Shown in pieces: positions 57,303 to 64,000 of a stretch of 64,000 nt of DNA (position 1 is the first letter of the stretch; the number at the start of each line of letters is the position of its first letter). Where the stretch lies: NCBI RefSeq assembly GCF_009914755.1, contig NC_060936.1. One strand, 5' to 3'. The notes beneath the pieces are model-generated. The model searched no databases. It was given only the letters and a program-made list of their open reading frames with translations, and was not told the DNA's origin. The position numbers and the translations under genes are program-made. This DNA is from the human T2T-CHM13v2.0 reference genome, Homo sapiens.

Positions 57303-57953
57303 TGAGAGATTAAGGCAGCTGGGCTTCTGTGTCAGGTGGGGACTTGGAGAACTTTTGTGTCTAGCTAAAGGATTGTAAATGCACCAATCAGCACTCTGTG
57401 TCTAGCTAAAGGATGTAAATGCATCAATCAGCACTCTGTAAAATGGACCAATCAGCAGTCTGTAAAATGGACCAATCAGCAGGATGTGGGCGGGGTCAAA
57501 TAAGAGAATAAAAGCTGGCCACCCAAGCCAGCAGCTGCAACCTGCTGGGGTCCCCTTCTGTGCTGTGAAGCTTTGCTCTTTAGCTCTTTGCAATAAATCT
57601 TGCTGTTGCTCACTCTTTGGGTCTATGCCTCCTTTATGAGCTGTAACATTCACCGTGAAGGTCTGCAGCTTCACTCCTGAAGTCAGCAAGACGACGAACC
57701 CATCGGGAGGAATGAACAACTCCAGACGCACCGCCTTTATGAACTGTAACACTCACCACGAAGGTCTGCAGCTTCACTCCTGAAGCCAATGAGACCAAGA
57801 ACCCACAAGAAGGAAGAAACTCCGGACACGTCCAAATATCAGAAGGAACAAACTCTGGACACACCATCTTTAAGAACTATAACACTCACTGCAAGGGTCC
57901 GCAGCTTCATTCTTGAAGTCAGCGAGACCAAGAACCCACCAATTCCAGACACA
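57303..57953 (+). mobile_element. LTR12 (ERV9) solo LTR
   Basis: TG...CA ends, three intact ACCAATCAG, repeated GCTTCACTCCTGAAG blocks, perfect TSD CTAG. Confidence 0.93.
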
Positions 57954-59839
57954 CTAGAACTAGTAAAACTGAGGTTAACACCATAGGTTAAAAGTTAACA
58001 TACAAAATAAGTTTCTTTATGCTAACAATATACAACTGGAAAGCAACTTAAAAATACAATACCATTTATAATAGCTTACATAAAATGAAATACTTGAGTA
58101 TAATTCTAAAAATATGTACAAGATTTGTACACTGAAAACTAAAATGCTGATGACATGAAACAAACAAGAACCAAAGAAATCGTTAGATTTATTATGTTCA
58201 TGAATTACAAAGATAGATATTGTTAAGTTGGCAATTCTTCCATAATTGATCTATAGATTTAATGCCATTACAATCAAAATTCCAGCAGGATTTTAGTAGA
58301 TATAAATAAGCTGATTCTAAAATGTATATAGAAAGTCAATGAAATATTAAAAACCAAACGGTTGTATAAAAAGTATATGTAAAAAAGTATAAAGTTAGAG
58401 GACTCACACTAGATGGTTTTTGAGACAGTAATCAATACAGTGTGGTATGGGTGAAAGGATAGGTATATAGATCAATGGGCCACAATAGAAAACAGACTCT
58501 GAAAATAAACACTAATATGGCCCATTGATTTTGACAAATATGCAAAAATTAGTCTCCAACAGATGGTGCTGAAACCATTGGCAAACCATATATAGGCAAA
58601 AACAAATGAACCTCAAGCTTCACATCTTATTTCGAAAGTTAACTCAAAATGAATCATAGATCTTAAGGTACAATAGTAAATCATAAGAAATTATTGGAAG
58701 AAATCTTTGAGACCTGGGGTTAAGCAGAGTTCTCAGATACTACACGACATTGAAAACATGACGCATGAAACAAAACATTGATAAATTGTATGTTGAGAAT
58801 GAAATAACAAGATACAAATGGGGAAAATATATACAAATTACTTACCTGAAAAAGTCTTCTATACAGAATTTATAAAGTACTGTCAAAATTCAACAGTCAA
58901 AAAAAAAACCAACAACAAATTTTAAAAGATGGCAAGGAGGCATCAAATGAAAAGATGTTGAACATAATTAACCATTAGCAAAATACAAATTTAAACCACA
59001 ATGAGACACCACTAAACTATTATTAGCAAGGAACATGCACACACATATGCAAATATTAGCAAGTGTTGGCAAGGATATGGAGCAGAAGCTGGAACTCGGA
59101 TATATTTCTGTTGGGAATGAAAGTGAAAAATGCCACAATCACCCTGTAAAGCAGTTTGGAGCTTTCTTGTAAAGTAAAATCTACTTTTATAAATAACACA
59201 GCAACTCCACTCTGGGGTACTTACTATAAAAATATGAAAAAATCTTCAAAAAAACCCTGTATACGAATGTTTATGTCAGCTCTATTTACATTTACCCAAA
59301 ACTTGACACAACCTAAATGTTCTTTAATGAATGAATAGATCAACTATGGCATAATCCTGCAATAGAATACTACTCGGCAATGAAGAGGAACAAATGATTG
59401 AACATGCACAATGTGGAAGAATTTCAAGTGAATCATAACAAAAGAAGCCTGTCCCCAAAATTAACATACAGTAAAACTTTATTTATATAACATTCAGGTA
59501 AGGGTAAAACTATGAAGATGGAGAACAAATCATTGGCAGCCAAGAGTGATAGGGGAAAGTAGTAACTCAAGGGGGCAACATGATGGATTTTTTTGGAGTA
59601 ATGAGACAATTTTGTATCCTTATTTTGGTAGTAGTTGCATGAAGCTATGCATGTGTTAAGACTCATAGAATTTTATATCAAAGGAAAAAGTCAATTTTTT
59701 TGACTTTAACTTTTAACTATAAATGACAGTTTTAGAAATGTAATAAGTAGACACTACACTGTCAAGATAATGAAATTTTCCTTACTTGTATGGTACCTGT
59801 TCAAGTGTTCAAATAAAAGCACTGTTTCTGCTTTTATTA

Positions 59840-59940
59840 CTACTTTTAACTGTCACATAATAATTGTACATATTTATGGCATACAGTAGGATAGTTCAAT
59901 ATATGTGTATAATCTAATAATCAAATCAGGGTAAATGGCC
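59840..59940 (-). mobile_element. L1MA 3'-end fragment
   Basis: ATAATTGTACATATTTATGG...ATCAAATCAGGGTAA. Confidence 0.65.
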
Positions 59941-60694
59941 CCATTTTGGAAACATTCCATTTAAATAAAACACCAACACCTAATCCTTTGAATATCTTTG
60001 ACTAAGTAATATAATTAAAATAGATTCTTTATGGACAAGAAGAAAAGTGTGTCCAGACTGATGCCTACTGTTACATCTCACTTCTTTGTTCTAAGAAAAC
60101 AAAATCAAATCTAACAGGTAATAATTTTGAAGGAATCACTAATTCAAATGACTTCAAAACTGATTGTGTAATAGGAAATAAAAATTTATACCCATAGCAT
60201 AGTATATGAAAATGTATTCAGGCAGTCTCTTCTTTTTTGCCATATGAGAAATAAAACCATTAAATGTGACATATGGAATTAAAGCTATATTAAAATGCAA
60301 ATATCCATCTTATAAATTATTTCCCATAGAAAGGTGTAATATTTGATGTCTACAGTCTTGACAGGTAAGATCAACAAAATGCCATGAAACAAAAATAATA
60401 AGCCAATTTGTTGAAGCTAATAAAATTTTGAACCAACATGCACAAAATGAGCGTAAACATATTCTCAGTTTTGATTTCACAAAGGCTCAGATGTACTCTA
60501 GTCTAAATAAATCTGCACTTTAAAGAAACTTAGAAAACTAACATGGTATGTATAACAAAATGGGTAAAATTTTAATAAAATATCTATTATTTTATACCAT
60601 CTGAGAACTTGGCACAATTCTTGGGGCACAGTTTGGTGGCTCAACTTCCTTTATAGTAAAAAGCCAGAAAGTTTGACGTAAAAAATCCATATAT

Positions 60695-61755
60695 ATGATA
60701 AAAAGTAAAACAGGTTTACCATATGAACCAACAAGTGCACTTCTTGATATTGACCCAACAGAGTTAAAAACTTAAGTCCACACAAACACTTGCACACAGA
60801 TCAGTTTTATTCATAATTTCCAAAACTTGGATATCACCAAAGATCTCCTTCAGGTGGTGAATGGATAAATAAACTGTGGTACATCCAAATGATGAAATAT
60901 TATTAGGTGATGCTGGGCACAGTGGCTCACGCCTGTAATCCCAGCATATTGGGAGGCTGAGGCAGGGAATCACTTGAGGTCAGGAGTTTGAGACCAGCCT
61001 GGCCAATATGGCGAAACCTTGTCTCTACAAAAAATACAAAATTAGCCAGGCATGGTGGTGGGCACCTATAATCCCAGCTACTCAGGAGGCTGAGGCAGAA
61101 GAATTACGTGAATCCAGGAGGTGGAGGTTGCAGTGAGCCGAGCCAAGATCATGCCACTGCACTCCAGCCTGGGCAACAGAGGGAAACTCTGTCTCAAAAA
61201 AAAAAAAAAAAAAAAAAAAGAAATATTATTAGGTGATAAAAAGAAATGATGTATAAAGCCACAAATACACATGGAGGAAACTTAAATGCATATTGGTGAC
61301 AGAAGTCAATATGAAAAGACTAATACTGTATGATTTCAACTACGTGACAGTCTAGAAAAAGCAAAACTATTGAGACAGTGAAAATATTAGTGGTTACCAG
61401 GGGTTGCGTGGGGCGGGGAATGAATAAGGATAAATGAATTAGCAGAGCATAGTGGATATTTAGGGCTGTGAAAATACTCTAAATGAAACTATCATGTTGG
61501 ACACCTGTCATCATACATATGTCCAAATCCATAGACTGTAAAACACCAAGTATAAACCCCAATATGAACTATGAACTTTGTTAACAATGACATGTCAATG
61601 TTTGTTCATTGACTCTAACAGATGTACCACTCTGGTGGGGGATGTGGATAATTGGGGACGCTAGGCATGTGGCGGGGAGAGAGTATATGGGGTATCTTTG
61701 AAACTTCCTGTCCTTTGCTGTGAACCTACACTGCTCTAAAAAATTAAGTCTAAAA
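60695..61755 (+). mobile_element. L1MC1/2-like 3' end, interrupted by an Alu
   Basis: GAATGGATAAATAAACTGTGGTACATCC, GTCCAAATCCATAGA, ATGTACCACTCTGGTGGGGGATGT, CTGTGAACCTA. Confidence 0.8.
60912..61219 (+). mobile_element. AluS (Sx/Sz-type)
   Basis: Full Alu with poly(A); perfect 18-bp TSD GAAATATTATTAGGTGAT (60894-60911 / 61220-61237). Confidence 0.95.
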
Positions 61756-62274
61756 CAAGTAAAACAGAGAAATAATAAAAAAGTCTAAGACAAAAATCTT
61801 GTTTTAAACATTTTAATTTGTACCAAACTCTTGCCTATTATAGAAAAATTAGAAAATACAGAAAAAATAAATCAAACACACTGTCACATATCTTTTATGT
61901 GATATACTCTCACTCTAATTCAGTAATATTTTTAAGTAAATATGTGCTCACTCTATGCTTTTTCTTCTTCATTTAATTTTCTAAAGACCTAGGCCAATGT
62001 TATTATTAGTAATAAAAATCATCATTATCTTTTTGGTTATTCAATTTCCAACTTTCTGTTTTCATTTATAGATATTTTGTTATTTAAACAAATGTGGAAG
62101 CCATGGCTAACAAGGAGAATTATGTGATGCTTTCCTTTCAGGAGTAGTTAATTTTGGCAGTCAGTTTAGCAGGAAGCAACATTCCCATTTCCAGCCCACG
62201 ATTCAGAGAACCAAAAGGTTCTCTTTCAAATATGTGTAGTTTTGATTATAATTTCCAAAAATTTAGAGCCTCAT

Positions 62275-62693
62275 TGTGATACAAATAAAGTGAGCATATG
62301 TCAAAGATTTACTTAATTCATTAATGAAGGAACAGCGACTTGGTAAGGCAGGTCCAAAGTGAATTGGAGAGAGCACAAGTAATTATGGCAGAAAAACAGG
62401 ACGCTACAATTAGATTGCTAATATAGAATCAAAGCTGGTTAATGTCCTATAGGACATTAAAGCCACAATTTTGCTGATATCATTTGAATCTCCACCAAAT
62501 AAAATTCATTTGCAAAGCTACGAGAGAGGAGTCATCATTACTATAGGACAAGTATTATTTGCATACTTTTTGCTTATCTACAAATTAACATCTTTACTTT
62601 AGAGCTGTAAAATATATTAATAAGTAGTAAATGGGAAATTAAACAAAGGCACACTCACCTAGAGACATAAAGTGTCACTGCATGACCCTGACA
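62275..62693 (-). mobile_element. Possible ancient LTR, family uncertain
   Basis: TG...CA bounded; TTTACTTAATTCATTAATGA resembles old ERV1-type LTR ends; weak recall only. Confidence 0.3.
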
Positions 62694-64000
62694 GAATAAA
62701 CAGTGATCCTCCTTGCCTATTTCTAAGTTTTAGATGTATTTTCCTAACGATTTTATATTTACAAGTTAAGGGATGAAGAGGTTCATGTGATTACAGATCT
62801 ATTTTTAAATGCTACTGATAATTACGAATATGCAAAGTATTTGTAGCAAGTATGAATCTGCTGCATAGATTCTGAGGTTAAAAAATAAAAGTCATTTTCC
62901 TTAAGCAAATTAACTCTGGAATAGTCTCTGTTCACCAGCTGGTTGTGAAATTTAATCGTTATCATTTTTGCCACCACTTATCTCCTATTACCCCTTGGGC
63001 ACGACGAGATGGTCCATTCAAAAACCCTTTCTTCAGTCTTTCCATACCATGTCCATAGTTTTTATCCAAAGTTTCTAATGTATAGCATCTAACATCTGGT
63101 TCACATTTAGTCATCACTGTCTGAGAGGTACTACATTTGGCTGGGGCTTAAATTCCCATTATTGGTGTAATTGGCAGCAATATGTATTCTTTCAGCCTCT
63201 GGAGAAATTCTTCCCTATAGAACCATTCCTCATAGGGCCACCATCTTTGACTCATTTTCCTCTTGCTTATCTGTGGCAATTGCAGCCCCTTTCTTGATAA
63301 GACACAACAAAACCCAAACCAAAACAAACAAACATTCCAAAATAAGACTTTTAGGATGTTTTCTTCATACCATATTGTTAATCTCAGGGTATGTGTGTGT
63401 TTGGACGATGTAGGAGGATTCGTAATAACACCAGGAGCAGGTATACTGAGAAGTGAAAGAAGGTTAAGCTTCAGAACTTCACTTTTCTGAGTCCCTTCCA
63501 AATCCCTGGAAAGACTTGAGAAATTTGTCCATGTGGCAGTCATATGTTTCTGCAAAATTTACAAAACTAAAGAAATTTAATCACATTTGGTTAAACTACT
63601 ATCCTTTCCTCTATGAACTTCTAGGTAGATTCTCTTCACATATGTGGGGGTGTGAAGGTTGCAGGGGTTGACAGAGGGACATTAGAGTAGATGATAGTAT
63701 TTTAGAAATTTGGTAAAGGAGTTAAGTTTGGTGGAATGGATATATTTATTGGCTTGCAGTACTGCCAGATATATTGCTAGCATGGTTACACAGGCTAGGG
63801 AGCGGGATAGTTGCGAAGCTAAAAGCTTTCTAAATTACTACTAATAAGAGTAAATTGTGACCAACTTCGCTAGATGACAATTGAATTACCATTTTCTTTC
63901 TGTAAATGATATTGTAGAGTCATTTTTATATAAAAAGGATCAAATAGTATACAAGAAAAGCGTAAAGGAACAAATAACATTATGGAGATGGGTTAGGTAG

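Noticed and set aside
63148-63555. 135-aa minus-strand ORF
   Set aside because: It has no recognisable domain, crosses an A/C-rich low-complexity tract, and its length is compatible with chance.

Overview
This is AT-rich, CpG-poor human genomic DNA. The human-specific AluYb8 at 8528-8830 identifies the species. I see no credible protein-coding exon, RNA gene or CpG island, so it looks like a gene desert or a deep intron. The window is dominated by transposon fossils: a full-length but dead L1PA7 (minus strand, 21.1-27.4 kb), a complete THE1D MaLR provirus, solo THE1, MST, MLT1, MLT2A, MER and LTR12 LTRs, about 11 Alus, and old L1M, L2, MIR and Tigger fragments. The longer ORFs in the supplied track are repeat-derived or low-complexity. 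The main structure not explained by known repeats is a ~518-bp, ~96%-identical inverted duplication (39953-40470 / 41891-42409) around a 1.42-kb spacer. It has a perfectly identical 194-bp core, and its left arm is inserted into an L2. It is a candidate gene-converting, inversion-prone palindrome and dsRNA source. Other points of interest are a template-switch mosaic at 3.2-3.35 kb, a 9-bp-monomer minisatellite with 27- and 36-bp higher-order units, and an AluYb8 inside a THE1 LTR that carries an intact DUX4 motif. Repeat subfamily calls come from recalled consensus sequences, not from a search.
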